Of a DNA stretch of 32,000 nt, positions 1-8,606 are shown piece by piece; the first letter of the stretch is position 1, and every line of letters starts with the position of its first letter. The translations under genes were made by a program, and so were the position numbers. A model generated the notes under the pieces. That model had not been told where the DNA came from and did not search any database. It was given only the letters and a program-made list of their open reading frames with translations. Source of the stretch: Erysipelothrix inopinata (GTDB lineage Bacteria; Bacillota_I; Bacilli_A; Erysipelotrichales; Erysipelotrichaceae); contig NZ_CP060715.1 in the NCBI RefSeq assembly GCF_014396165.1, positions 960,001 through 992,000 on the forward strand. Reading direction: 5' to 3'.

Positions 1-518
1 CACGTGAAAAAATGCATAATGCTTCAACAATGGCAGGGATGGCATTTGGTAATGCATTCCTTGGTATGAACCACTCATTAGCTCATAAAATTGGTGGACG
101 TTGGCATGTAATTCCTCACGGACGTATCAATGCTATCTTAATGCCAAACGTAATTCGTTATAATGGTACACAACCTGAAAAACCATCACTATGGCCAAAA
201 TACAATGTGTATCGTGCAGACCAAAGATATGCAGAACTTGCACGTATCCTAGGGCTTAAAGCAGATACAGTTGAAGAAGGTGTTGAAAGCTATGCTCAAG
301 CATGCTACGACCTCGCTGTACGTTGTGGTGTCACAATGAACTTTAAAGACAATGGTATTGCCGAAAAAGAATTCTTCAAATATGAAGAAGAAGTAGCATA
401 CCTTGCTTATGAAGACCAATGTTCACCATGTAACCCTCGTTTACCTCTTGTAAAAGATATGCGAGACATTCTAAAAGCATCATACTATGGTGAAGTTTAC
501 GATCCAAAGCGTAAATAA
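1..518 (+). CDS. adhE: Bifunctional acetaldehyde-CoA/alcohol dehydrogenase, C-terminal iron-type ADH fragment; 5' end outside window
   Basis: Frame is open from the window edge (codons from nt 3) to TAA 516-518. It contains the Fe-ADH metal-site region GMNHSLAHKIGG...HGRINAIL. The tail AYEDQCSPCNPRLPLVKDMRDILKASYYG resembles the E. coli AdhE C-terminus as I remember it. Confidence 0.8.
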   Translation, partial: REKMHNASTMAGMAFGNAFLGMNHSLAHKIGGRWHVIPHGRINAILMPNVIRYNGTQPEKPSLWPKYNVYRADQRYAELARILGLKADTVEEGVESYAQACYDLAVRCGVTMNFKDNGIAEKEFFKYEEEVAYLAYEDQCSPCNPRLPLVKDMRDILKASYYGEVYDPKRK

Positions 519-531
519 TTAATCATAAATA

Positions 532-562
532 AAGGCAGTTATCATCATGATAGCTGCCTTTT
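532..562. terminator. Bidirectional rho-independent terminator between convergent adhE and the surface-protein gene
   Basis: Inverted repeat AAGGCAGTTATCAT / ATGATAGCTGCCTT (one G-U position) followed by TTTT. Confidence 0.65.
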
Positions 563-570
563 GATATGGT

Positions 571-3327
571 TTAGTTTTCTTTTCGTTTCATTAATTTCAC
601 AACAATTAACATTGAACCAAGGAGTACAGAACCAAATCCAATGTAGGACGGAGCGACTCCTGTTGCTGGTAAAACATGGGTTGTTACTTCTGCTGGTGTT
701 TCTTTTGAAATTAATGGTTTTTTAATTTGTTCTTTAGGTTTCTTCTTAACCCCTAAAACCACCGGTTGAGAATACGTATAGATAACAACTTGATCTTCTA
801 ATGTGAACAATCCTTTGGCATTGTCTGTAACAGAAACAAAGTCATAGTCTTCGCTATTCATTGCCTCAGTTTCATAGGGTAATCCATATTTGTTAAGGCC
901 ACTGATGAATTCAGGTTTGATAATTTCGTTACCTTCATCATCAAGATGCTTCACAATAACATTTCCTGCATTTTTGCGTTTATAAATATAAGTTACTGTT
1001 TGATCATTTTCGGTATAAGTTCCAGAGGCATTGCTTGGCACTGTGGTTAATTCAAAGTATTTTATTGAAACACTTTCAGTTTTAAAAGGTAATCCAAGTT
1101 TATTGTTTCCTTCTAAAACAACTGTAGTTGCGAGCGTATTTCCTTGTGTATCAACATGTTCCACTACGATATTTCCGGCGTTTTTACGTTTGTAAGTATA
1201 CGTTACGATCTGTTCTTCGGCAGTAAATGTACCCGTTGCATTATCAGGTGTCCTTAAGAGTTCATAGTTAGTGATTGAAGCAGAACTTGTAGTATATGGT
1301 TTTCCTAATTGATGAGTACCATCAATTGTTTCAGAATCGGCTAATTTATTACCCAGTTCATCTACGTGGTTTACTGATATATTTCCAGCGTTTTTACGTG
1401 AATAGACATACGTCACTGACTGAGTTTCTAAAGAGAAGATTCCATTCGCGTTATTTGGAGTCTCTTTAAGTTCATAATTTTTAATATCATGTGATGTTGT
1501 AGCGTAAGGTAAACCAAGTTTTGATTCGCCAGATAGTAAATCACTATCTACTAATTTGATACCATCTGTATCAACATGGTTTACAATGACATCGCCTGAA
1601 TTTTTACGTGCATAGATATAGTTTACAAATTGAATTTCTTGAGTAAAGGTACCTGTAGCATTAGTAGGTGTTTCTATTAAGTCATAGGATTCAATATCAA
1701 CAGCGTGGGTTGAATAACTTAATCCGTATTTCCCACTTCCGTCTAACATGCTACTTTCAGCAAGAGGTTCACCCGCCGTGTCAAAGTGATTCACAATAAC
1801 AGGGGCAGCATCTTTACGTTGATATTTGTAAATGACTTCCTGTGGCTCTTTTGTGAAGACACCACGTGTATTGCTTGTTGCAGATATAAAGTCATAGAAC
1901 TCGAATGTTTGTTTTAAAGTCGTATAATCCTGTCCTAATTTGTTATGGCCAGATAGTGTGATTGAATCTGCAATTGGATTATCGTTATTGTCAACGTAAT
2001 GAACAGTAACATCACTACCATTCATTTCTGGCAATGTTGCGAAAATAAGAATTTGAAATGCTTGTTGTCCATAGGGACTACCATCATCATAAAATCTGAA
2101 ATGAAGCGTTTGTAATTTCTTGGGTGTATCTTTTTCAAGAACATCAATCAAGTCTTCACGATTCCAACGAATGGATTTAAGTGAATAATTTTCATCATAT
2201 GTATATCGTTGATTTTTTGGACTATAGTCCCCTAAAGGGTTCGTATCACTTTTTGAACTTTCAACTCTTTCAGGCGCAATAAGTGCGTTCTTCATGGTCT
2301 TAGTTTTAGGGTCATAGGATTTTGGAGCTGTAATATAATCGAGGTTTAAAACAATTTCATCAGTCGTTTCATCGTAAGTGAGCATTGGGTTTTGCTGAAT
2401 TTTATAGGCATGATGTAATACAAATCCAATACCTGAACCGTTATCCAATACGACAGAACTAAAGTCTGAGATTTGAGGAAGGTTAGGATTGAATTGATTT
2501 GAATTATGACCTTCGGCATTAATGTCTAGAGAAACATACGGATTTGTTAAAGTATCAAGTCCTGTCAAATCTTTGACGGGATTATCAATTAAGTTCAAGG
2601 AAGTTAATCGAGTGAATACAGTAAAGGGTTCAAAGGCAGTGATTTTATTAGCCATTGTCTCATTCCCTTGAACTACGAGTCGATCTTTAAGTGGACTCCC
2701 TACAGAGTTTACATCTCGAGGTTGTAAATTTGACACGTTAATACTTGAGAGAGATTGATTATTTTTAAGTGTATTAATATGTTTGTTTTCAATCCCTGCA
2801 TTGTTTAAAGTCAAACGTGTGATGTTTGTTTTACTGATAGGTTCTAACATCGATTCACCGAGATCTAATATTCGAGGATTGGGTGCAATTACTTCAAGAG
2901 ATCTTAAAGATCCTTTTTCAATCCCTGCATAAGAAACGAGGTCAGGTTCGGTTAATACTAAGTCATTTAACTTAGGAAGTGAATCAATAGACTGAAAGTC
3001 CTTGATGTCAGAGGAACCTCTAAGAACGAGTAATTCCAGATTCTTTAATGAACTGAATTCTTTAAATGATTGAATCTGAGTGTTGTTTTCACGGATGAAC
3101 AATGAATCAATCGCATCTAATTGTTCTTGTGTCACAACAGTTTCATCTGATGATAAAGACAGTTCTTGCCGAACGGCTCTTTCAATACTCTTATTTGGAA
3201 AGAGTGCTCTAATGTCGTACGGTGTGTTTAAATCAGTCACTTCTGTATCTGCATGTACAGGAGGGTAAATAGAAATACTTAATGTCAGTGATAAAACCAA
3301 CATTATTAAAACTTTGATTTTATTCAT
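571..3327 (-). CDS. LPXTG-anchored surface protein: signal peptide, internalin-like leucine-rich repeats, six MucBP-type repeats, K/P-rich stalk, sortase signal
   Basis: The track ORF begins at TTG 3348; the ATG at 3327 follows a GAAGGGG RBS and gives MNKIKVLIMLVLSLTLSISIYPPVHA/DTEV. An LRR region (L..L..L.L..N-type repeats) covers roughly aa 80-280. LPATG (nt 658-672) is followed by a hydrophobic stretch and KRKEN. Confidence 0.9.
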   Translation of the reverse strand: MNKIKVLIMLVLSLTLSISIYPPVHADTEVTDLNTPYDIRALFPNKSIERAVRQELSLSSDETVVTQEQLDAIDSLFIRENNTQIQSFKEFSSLKNLELLVLRGSSDIKDFQSIDSLPKLNDLVLTEPDLVSYAGIEKGSLRSLEVIAPNPRILDLGESMLEPISKTNITRLTLNNAGIENKHINTLKNNQSLSSINVSNLQPRDVNSVGSPLKDRLVVQGNETMANKITAFEPFTVFTRLTSLNLIDNPVKDLTGLDTLTNPYVSLDINAEGHNSNQFNPNLPQISDFSSVVLDNGSGIGFVLHHAYKIQQNPMLTYDETTDEIVLNLDYITAPKSYDPKTKTMKNALIAPERVESSKSDTNPLGDYSPKNQRYTYDENYSLKSIRWNREDLIDVLEKDTPKKLQTLHFRFYDDGSPYGQQAFQILIFATLPEMNGSDVTVHYVDNNDNPIADSITLSGHNKLGQDYTTLKQTFEFYDFISATSNTRGVFTKEPQEVIYKYQRKDAAPVIVNHFDTAGEPLAESSMLDGSGKYGLSYSTHAVDIESYDLIETPTNATGTFTQEIQFVNYIYARKNSGDVIVNHVDTDGIKLVDSDLLSGESKLGLPYATTSHDIKNYELKETPNNANGIFSLETQSVTYVYSRKNAGNISVNHVDELGNKLADSETIDGTHQLGKPYTTSSASITNYELLRTPDNATGTFTAEEQIVTYTYKRKNAGNIVVEHVDTQGNTLATTVVLEGNNKLGLPFKTESVSIKYFELTTVPSNASGTYTENDQTVTYIYKRKNAGNVIVKHLDDEGNEIIKPEFISGLNKYGLPYETEAMNSEDYDFVSVTDNAKGLFTLEDQVVIYTYSQPVVLGVKKKPKEQIKKPLISKETPAEVTTHVLPATGVAPSYIGFGSVLLGSMLIVVKLMKRKEN
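766..2019 (-). repeat. Six tandem 210-bp (70-aa) MucBP-like coding repeats inside the surface-protein gene
   Basis: The RK(N/D) motif recurs at ORF residues 511, 581, 651, 721 and 791. Each unit reads like ..V.V.HVD..G..L.....L.G...LG.PY.T.......YEL...P.NA.G.FT.E.Q.V.Y.Y.RKNAGN. Confidence 0.85.
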
Positions 3328-3464
3328 AATATCCCCTTCTACAACCAATGGTTGTCAACAAGCGAAAGTATAGGGGATTTCACATACTAATACAACTAAC
3401 GTTGTGTATTCAATGAAAGTTTCATAATTGAAATGTGTATAAATATCTGAAATGAGTATTTTTA

Positions 3465-3492
3465 TTGTAATTATTTAAGAGGATGTTATACT
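3465..3492 (+). promoter_or_regulatory. Sigma-A type promoter of the TetR-GNAT operon
   Basis: TTGTAA (3465-3470), 16-nt spacer, TATACT (3487-3492), 39 nt upstream of the ATG. Confidence 0.55.
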
Positions 3493-3518
3493 TTATTTAG
3501 ACATCGATGTCTAAATAA
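3493..3518. promoter_or_regulatory. Perfect 26-bp palindrome, candidate TetR autoregulatory operator
   Basis: TTATTTAGACATC|GATGTCTAAATAA is exactly self-complementary. It starts immediately after the -10 hexamer and ends 12 nt before the TetR start codon. Confidence 0.65.
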
Positions 3519-3530
3519 TTAGGAGGAATT

Positions 3531-4115
3531 ATGAAAAGTACATACCAAAAGCGACGTTCTGACGATATTATCAAAATGGCTTACCCCGTATTTTCGGAGA
3601 ATGGATATGCCAATGTCACCATGAAAATGATAATGGAATATACAGGTCTTTCCCGTGGAGGACTCTATGCTCATTTCGGTAGTGTTGAGGATTTATTTGT
3701 AAGTGTTTTGGAATATGATGATCAAAGAATCATTGAAGAACTATCTGCTTTTGATACGTCTCAATCTATACTCTCTCAATTTGAACAATGGATTTTGACG
3801 ATCATTTCAAATGAGCGAATGCAACATCATTCACTGACCAAGGCCAAGTCAGAGTTCCTCACAGCGCATAACAATGAGTATCTCCAAAATAGAGAAGCTT
3901 ATCTTGAGGAGACGTTACTGAATATATTAAAAGAAGCACTCAATAGAAATGAAATCGACGGAAATTTAGATTTAAAGAATTATGTTTCTTTCATGATTGC
4001 ATCGATGAATGGAGTCATGTTGTATACTCACCTTAAACCAATGAGTGAGAAAGATTTTAATAGAGTTTCGCAGTTTCTAATAGAGGCATTACTTAAACCA
4101 TTAAAAGGAGAATAA
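3531..4115 (+). CDS. TetR/AcrR family transcriptional regulator
   Basis: N-terminal HTH signature VTMKMIMEYTGLSRGGLYAHFGSVEDLF, AGGAGG RBS, 194 aa. Confidence 0.85.
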   Translation: MKSTYQKRRSDDIIKMAYPVFSENGYANVTMKMIMEYTGLSRGGLYAHFGSVEDLFVSVLEYDDQRIIEELSAFDTSQSILSQFEQWILTIISNERMQHHSLTKAKSEFLTAHNNEYLQNREAYLEETLLNILKEALNRNEIDGNLDLKNYVSFMIASMNGVMLYTHLKPMSEKDFNRVSQFLIEALLKPLKGE

Positions 4116-4646
4116 ATGTTTAAAACAGATAGAATAGAATTAAGAAAAGTCCAACCAAGTGATAGTGAAATTTATTTCAACTGGAAAAATGATTATGATG
4201 TCATGAAACATACAAATCCTAATTTTGATCTTGCTACTCGAGAAGAAGTGGATGGGTTTATTAGCTTCATCATCGGAGAACCATCATCAAAAGGATATAT
4301 GATTGTGAATCGAGAAACACAAGATGTCATGGGAATTGTATCGCTCATTAACATTGATACAAAAAACCGTTCAGCAGAATGTATCATCGACATTGGTAAT
4401 AAAGATTATTGGGGAAAGGGATTTGGAAATGAAGCTTTATCATTACTGATGAATTATTCATTCAATGAACTAAATCTTCACCGTTTATATCTCAACGTCT
4501 TTTCTTCTAATAAACGAGCAATTGCTTTATATGAGCGTTTAGGATTCGTACATGAAGGCACTATGCGCGAAGGAATATATCGTGAAGGATCCTGGCAAGA
4601 TATCCATAATATGGGAATCCTACAAAAGGAATTTCAATCAAGATAA
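4116..4646 (+). CDS. GNAT family N-acetyltransferase (RimJ/RimL-like)
   Basis: The ATG directly abuts the TetR stop (TAAATG). Acetyl-CoA motif-A-like stretch WGKGFGNEALSLLMNY, then NKRAIALYERLGF. Confidence 0.8.
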   Translation: MFKTDRIELRKVQPSDSEIYFNWKNDYDVMKHTNPNFDLATREEVDGFISFIIGEPSSKGYMIVNRETQDVMGIVSLINIDTKNRSAECIIDIGNKDYWGKGFGNEALSLLMNYSFNELNLHRLYLNVFSSNKRAIALYERLGFVHEGTMREGIYREGSWQDIHNMGILQKEFQSR

Positions 4647-4651
4647 AGGTG

Positions 4652-4680
4652 AAAGCAGCCACTAATGAAGCTGCTTTTAT
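4652..4680 (+). terminator. Rho-independent terminator of the TetR-GNAT operon
   Basis: AAAGCAGC - loop - GCTGCTTT followed by a T-run. Confidence 0.7.
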
Positions 4681-4730
4681 GTAATTAATGGTATTAGACT
4701 CAGAAGAAGGATTAAAACTTATTTGTTTCA

Positions 4731-4739
4731 TGGTATAAT
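4731..4739 (+). promoter_or_regulatory. Extended -10 promoter element upstream of deoD
   Basis: TGgTATAAT lies 30 nt upstream of the ATG. I could not pick a good -35. Confidence 0.45.
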
Positions 4740-4768
4740 CAAACTATAACTGAGGAGGAATTAGTTAC

Positions 4769-5488
4769 ATGGCTACACCACATATTAATGCAGAAAAAGG
4801 ACAAATTGCAAAAGTTGTCTTAATGCCTGGAGATCCACTACGTGCTAAATTTATTGCGGAAACATTCTTAAAAGATGTAAAGCAATTTAATGAAGTCCGT
4901 AACATGTTCGGATACACAGGTACCTATAATGGCGTTGAAGTTTCTGTAATGGGTTCAGGTATGGGACAACCAAGTATTGGTATCTATTCATATGAACTCT
5001 ATACACAATTTGGAGTTGAAGCAATCATTCGTATTGGTTCAGCTGGATCTTATGTTAAGGAACTCAATGTCTATGATGTTATCTTAGCGGATAGCGCATA
5101 TAGCGAGTCTTCATTTGCGAAAGTTGCTTTCGGATATGAAGAAGATACACTTGAACCAAGTGCATTGCTTAATGCATCACTTCGTGAAAGTGCTAAGAAA
5201 TTAGGCATTGCAATGCAAGAAGGAAGAATCCATTCAAGTGATGTATTCTACCGTGACTCAGGCGTTACATGGCAAGAACTTGTTAAAAATCACCAAGTAA
5301 CTTGTGTTGAAATGGAATCATACGCACTCTTTGCAAATGCTAAGAAACTTGGAAAACATGCTGCATGTGTTCTAACAATTTCAGATTCATTTGTTACAGA
5401 TGATGTTACTACAGCTGAAGAAAGACAACTCTCATTCACAAAGATGATGGAAGTAGCTCTTGATACAGCAATTACAGTTAAATTCTAA
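4769..5488 (+). CDS. deoD: Purine nucleoside phosphorylase, DeoD type
   Basis: MATPHINAEKGQIAKVVLMPGDPLRAKFIAETFL..., later VEMESYALF; GAGGAGG RBS; 239 aa. Confidence 0.92.
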   Translation: MATPHINAEKGQIAKVVLMPGDPLRAKFIAETFLKDVKQFNEVRNMFGYTGTYNGVEVSVMGSGMGQPSIGIYSYELYTQFGVEAIIRIGSAGSYVKELNVYDVILADSAYSESSFAKVAFGYEEDTLEPSALLNASLRESAKKLGIAMQEGRIHSSDVFYRDSGVTWQELVKNHQVTCVEMESYALFANAKKLGKHAACVLTISDSFVTDDVTTAEERQLSFTKMMEVALDTAITVKF

Positions 5489-5523
5489 AAAAAAGGTCCG
5501 ATGAATATCGGGCCTAATTTTTT
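5487..5523. terminator. Bidirectional terminator between convergent deoD and the ABC permease gene
   Basis: A8 run, AGGTCCGAT-GAAT-ATCGGGCCT hairpin, then AATTTTTT. The permease stop codon lies inside the 3' arm. Confidence 0.75.
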
Positions 5524-6296
5524 GCAAGATTCATAAAGCGTTTAAAACCAACGACTCCCATAAGAATGGTGAAACCAACCATACCAGTGATACTTATTAG
5601 TAGAGGCATCGAAGTTACAGTAGGATAGATAATTGTTCTGAGGGCTTCATTAATATAAACGAGTGGATTGATTAATACCAACGCTTTGAATATCGGTAGG
5701 GGTGACAATGCATTCCAAGTAAAGAAGATAGCGCCTGTAAAAACAAGGGGCATTAAGAAACCTGGGAACATTGCAGCAATTTGCATTGGCTTAACGATTG
5801 TACCAACCAGTAGTCCTAAGGTTGCGGAAGTAATCGAAGCAAGAATAAGAATCCCAATGAGCATGAGTATTTGATTCGTTGATAATGAGAATGATAGATA
5901 CTCATTCATAAAGATAAGTGAAATAGGTAAAACAATTAAAGCACCAATCCATGATTCAATCATTCCAACGATCATTTTTGATATCGCAATATATTTAGTG
6001 TCAATTGGCGCTTGAAGACGATCTTCAATTTCTCTTGAGTTATTAAAATCCATGGATAGCGGTACTGCAGTTCCGTGAATTCCTGTTAAGAGTAAACTCA
6101 TTCCAACCATTCCAGGGAACATATATTTAGGAAAATCTGCAGATACGATTCCAATCTTAGGAAGTACATAACCGTAAATTACAATTAAAATAAAGGGTAG
6201 CATCGCGACACGGAAGATAAACTCATATTTATCACGAGCTTGAATCAGCAGGTCCCGTTTGATCATTGTTTTGATGATTTGTTTCTTGTTGTTCAT
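5514..6296 (-). CDS. ABC-2 type exporter permease
   Basis: 260-aa polytopic membrane protein with about 6 hydrophobic segments. Its start overlaps the ATPase stop by 1 nt (TAATG). Confidence 0.8.
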   Translation of the reverse strand: MNNKKQIIKTMIKRDLLIQARDKYEFIFRVAMLPFILIVIYGYVLPKIGIVSADFPKYMFPGMVGMSLLLTGIHGTAVPLSMDFNNSREIEDRLQAPIDTKYIAISKMIVGMIESWIGALIVLPISLIFMNEYLSFSLSTNQILMLIGILILASITSATLGLLVGTIVKPMQIAAMFPGFLMPLVFTGAIFFTWNALSPLPIFKALVLINPLVYINEALRTIIYPTVTSMPLLISITGMVGFTILMGVVGFKRFMNLAKN

Positions 6297-7252
6297 TATT
6301 GTGTTGCTCCTTCCGTTGTGAGATATACGAAGACATCGTCAAGGCTAATACCACTTAAATTAAATGTCTCAATCTTTAAATTAGTTTCTCTAATCCAGCT
6401 TAGAAGAGATTCAGTCGGATTATCACCATCTTTTAGATATAAAGTAAATTGGTCGTTTTCAGTTTTTGACAGTGATTCCACAATATTAAGATTTTGAAGT
6501 AAATGTTCTTGTTCAGAACTGATTGTTTCAAACTTAACATTTGCAACGTGTTTTCCAGGAACACGTTTCTTTAATTCATCGGATGTACCAATTGCTTGGA
6601 TTTTGCCATGACTGAAGATAGCAATTATGTCTGAGAATCTTTCTGGTTCTTCCATGTAATGGGTTGTGAGGAATACGGTAGTTCCTTCTTTGTTTAATTC
6701 CAACATTTGTTCCCATAAGATTTCACGATAGGCTGGATCAAGACCGGTTGTTGGTTCATCAAGGAAAAGTATTTCTGGACGATGAACCATTGCTCGCGCA
6801 ATTTTTAAACGTTGAGCCATTCCTCCAGAGAATGAACGAACATATTCATTTTCCCAATCTGTGAGACCAAATTTATCAAGTAAGAAATCTGCTCTTTTGT
6901 TGGCTTCGTGTTTTGACATTCCGAAATATAAAGCGTGGAAAATAAGATTCTCTCGAGCTGTTAATCCGCGATCGAGATTGTTGTGTTGCGCTACGATACC
7001 AATTTTTTCACGAGCTTCAATCGCGTACTTTTCAAGATCCTTACCATCAATTGTTACTGATCCGCTTGTAATTTCCTTCTGAGTCGTTAACATACTGATT
7101 GTTGTCGACTTTCCAGCACCGTTAGGTCCTAGGAAACTAAATATTTCCCCACGACGTACATCAAATGAGATGCCGTTAACAGCGATGAAAGGATCACCAT
7201 TCTTTTTCTTATACTCTTTAACTAGGTTATGCACTTGGATTATATTTTCCAT
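6296..7252 (-). CDS. ABC transporter ATP-binding protein with a C-terminal accessory domain
   Basis: Walker A GPNGAGKST, signature FSGGMAQR, Walker B ILFLDEPTTGLD, H-loop TTHYMEE. I chose the ATG at 7252 (MENIIQVHNL, GGAGG RBS) over the track start at 7282. Confidence 0.9.
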   Translation of the reverse strand: MENIIQVHNLVKEYKKKNGDPFIAVNGISFDVRRGEIFSFLGPNGAGKSTTISMLTTQKEITSGSVTIDGKDLEKYAIEAREKIGIVAQHNNLDRGLTARENLIFHALYFGMSKHEANKRADFLLDKFGLTDWENEYVRSFSGGMAQRLKIARAMVHRPEILFLDEPTTGLDPAYREILWEQMLELNKEGTTVFLTTHYMEEPERFSDIIAIFSHGKIQAIGTSDELKKRVPGKHVANVKFETISSEQEHLLQNLNIVESLSKTENDQFTLYLKDGDNPTESLLSWIRETNLKIETFNLSGISLDDVFVYLTTEGATQ

Positions 7253-7282
7253 GTTGAGCCTCCGTTTTCTTTTTACAATCAC

Positions 7283-7311
7283 AGTCTACATTTGTAGACG
7301 ATATTTGTCAA
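7283..7311 (-). promoter_or_regulatory. Promoter of the ABC-2 exporter operon overlapped by a 16-bp palindromic operator
   Basis: On the minus strand: TTGACA (7311-7306), 17-nt spacer, TAGACT (7288-7283), with an A-rich tract upstream. The palindrome GTCTACAAATGTAGAC (7284-7299) spans the spacer and the -10. Confidence 0.6.
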
Positions 7312-7463
7312 CCCTTATGACTCAAATATTTTTTTGTTTTTTGAAACGTTCATGCGCACTTAAAAGGAACACGCGTACACGAGGGAAAATTATAATAAAA
7401 AATCACCATACTGGAAAATAGTGGTGAAAGAGGTCTATATTTAACATAGGAGGTAACACATTT

Positions 7464-8096
7464 ATGAAAATTGCAGTATTAGGAGCAAATGGAAAATCGG
7501 GAGGGTTTATTGTTGATGAACTAATCCATCAAGGATATGAACCAACCGCAGTTGTTAGAAATAAAGATACTTATCAGGGAAATGCAAAACATATTTTAGT
7601 TAAAGATGTTTTTAATTTAACCCAAAACGATATTTTAGATTATGATGTCGTTATCAACGCACTCGGATTCTTTACGGAAGCAACCTTGAAAAATCATCTT
7701 GAGTCGACAAAACATCTCATTTCAATTTTAGAAGGACTTGATACACGCCTTATGGTTGTGGGAGGTGCAGGAAGTCTATTTGTTGATAACGATGAAACAA
7801 TTCGTTTAATGGATACGCCAGACTTTCCAAGTGATTACAAACCTCTTGCTGTTGCAATGTACGAAGCTTTCGATTATCTGAAAACAGTGACTGATGTTAA
7901 TTGGACCTATTTAAGTCCTTCAGCATTCTTTGACTTTGAAGGAGATCGTCTGGGACATTACCGTCTCGGAGGCAATCAACTTCTTGTCAACGATGCGGGT
8001 GAAAGTCGTATTAGCTATGCTGATTATGCAATTGCAATGGTTGATGAAATAAAAAACCAGAAATATAAAGGTCAACGATTTACTGTTGGCGAATAA
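7464..8096 (+). CDS. NAD(P)H-binding protein (atypical SDR / NmrA-like, putative flavin reductase type)
   Basis: N-terminal Rossmann motif MKIAVLGANGKSGGFIV, 210 aa, AGGAGG RBS. Confidence 0.75.
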   Translation: MKIAVLGANGKSGGFIVDELIHQGYEPTAVVRNKDTYQGNAKHILVKDVFNLTQNDILDYDVVINALGFFTEATLKNHLESTKHLISILEGLDTRLMVVGGAGSLFVDNDETIRLMDTPDFPSDYKPLAVAMYEAFDYLKTVTDVNWTYLSPSAFFDFEGDRLGHYRLGGNQLLVNDAGESRISYADYAIAMVDEIKNQKYKGQRFTVGE

Positions 8097-8126
8097 AAAA
8101 ACACGTCTCAGACGTGTTTTGTTTTT
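8095..8126. terminator. Bidirectional terminator between the NAD(P)-binding gene and the convergent GNAT gene
   Basis: A-run, ACACGTC-TCA-GACGTGT hairpin, T-run. Confidence 0.7.
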
Positions 8127-8550
8127 AGAGTTTCTTTGAAAAGAAATATTCTGTGTGTCCTTCAGGAGCATCTTCAAGTGTTCCAAAGATTTGATAACCT
8201 TGTTTTTCATAAAACTCTTTTCCTTGAAAATCAAAACTATCAAGATGTCCGACCTTACATCCAAATTCTTTCGCATCTTGCTCAACTTGAGCTAATAATG
8301 CAGAACCGATCCCTTGCTTGCGATAGGATTCATGAACCCAAAGCACATCAACATAAAGAATTTTCCACATGACTGCATAAGCGGAGATACCTGCTATGAT
8401 CTCATCGGACTCATTTTTCATTATATATTGAAATGGGTGGAACTCTTCATCTTGCTCATAAGGTTTAATCGATTCATTGAAGTTGGAGAGTTGCTCATCC
8501 ACATATTCGATATCTTCTTGTAAGCCTACTTCTAAACTATATTCTCTCAT
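8125..8550 (-). CDS. GNAT family N-acetyltransferase
   Basis: Motif A YRKQGIGSALLAQVEQDAKEFG. The track start at 8559 is a GTG that lies inside the RBS AGGTGA, so I chose the ATG at 8550 (MREYSLEV). Confidence 0.8.
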   Translation of the reverse strand: MREYSLEVGLQEDIEYVDEQLSNFNESIKPYEQDEEFHPFQYIMKNESDEIIAGISAYAVMWKILYVDVLWVHESYRKQGIGSALLAQVEQDAKEFGCKVGHLDSFDFQGKEFYEKQGYQIFGTLEDAPEGHTEYFFSKKL

Positions 8551-8606
8551 TTTTATCACCTGGTATCAGTATACCTCAAAAAAATTAAATAAGAAATGCA
8601 AACATC

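Noticed and set aside
766-2019. Regular 210-bp periodicity as a CRISPR array or non-coding tandem repeat
   Set aside because: The period is far too long and lies within one continuous reading frame. The units are diverged protein-domain repeats (MucBP).
3328-3348. N-terminal extensions in the ORF track (571..3348, 8125..8559, 6296..7282, 14184..15437)
   Set aside because: The track translates TTG/GTG as M and takes the longest frame. In each case a downstream ATG with a proper Shine-Dalgarno gives the family-typical N-terminus (3327, 8550, 7252, 14238).
3531-4646. TetR-GNAT, or either GNAT gene, as a GNAT-type toxin-antitoxin module
   Set aside because: GNAT toxins pair with small RHH/Xre antitoxins. 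Here the partner is a full-length TetR regulator with its own operator, and the GNAT looks RimJ/RimL-like. The second GNAT is monocistronic.
7170-7421. An 83-aa ORF spanning the ABC promoter region, and the 6240-6497 ORF
   Set aside because: They overlap the ATPase and permease coding ends and the promoter-operator region, and have no RBS. Their Phe/Leu/Cys-rich products are typical of AT-rich noise.
7402-7426. The hairpin TCACCAT...GTGGTGA in the leader of the NAD(P)-binding gene as a riboswitch or attenuator
   Set aside because: The stem is short (about 7 bp) with an 11-nt loop, no T-tract and no alternative structure. I also could not place a convincing promoter.
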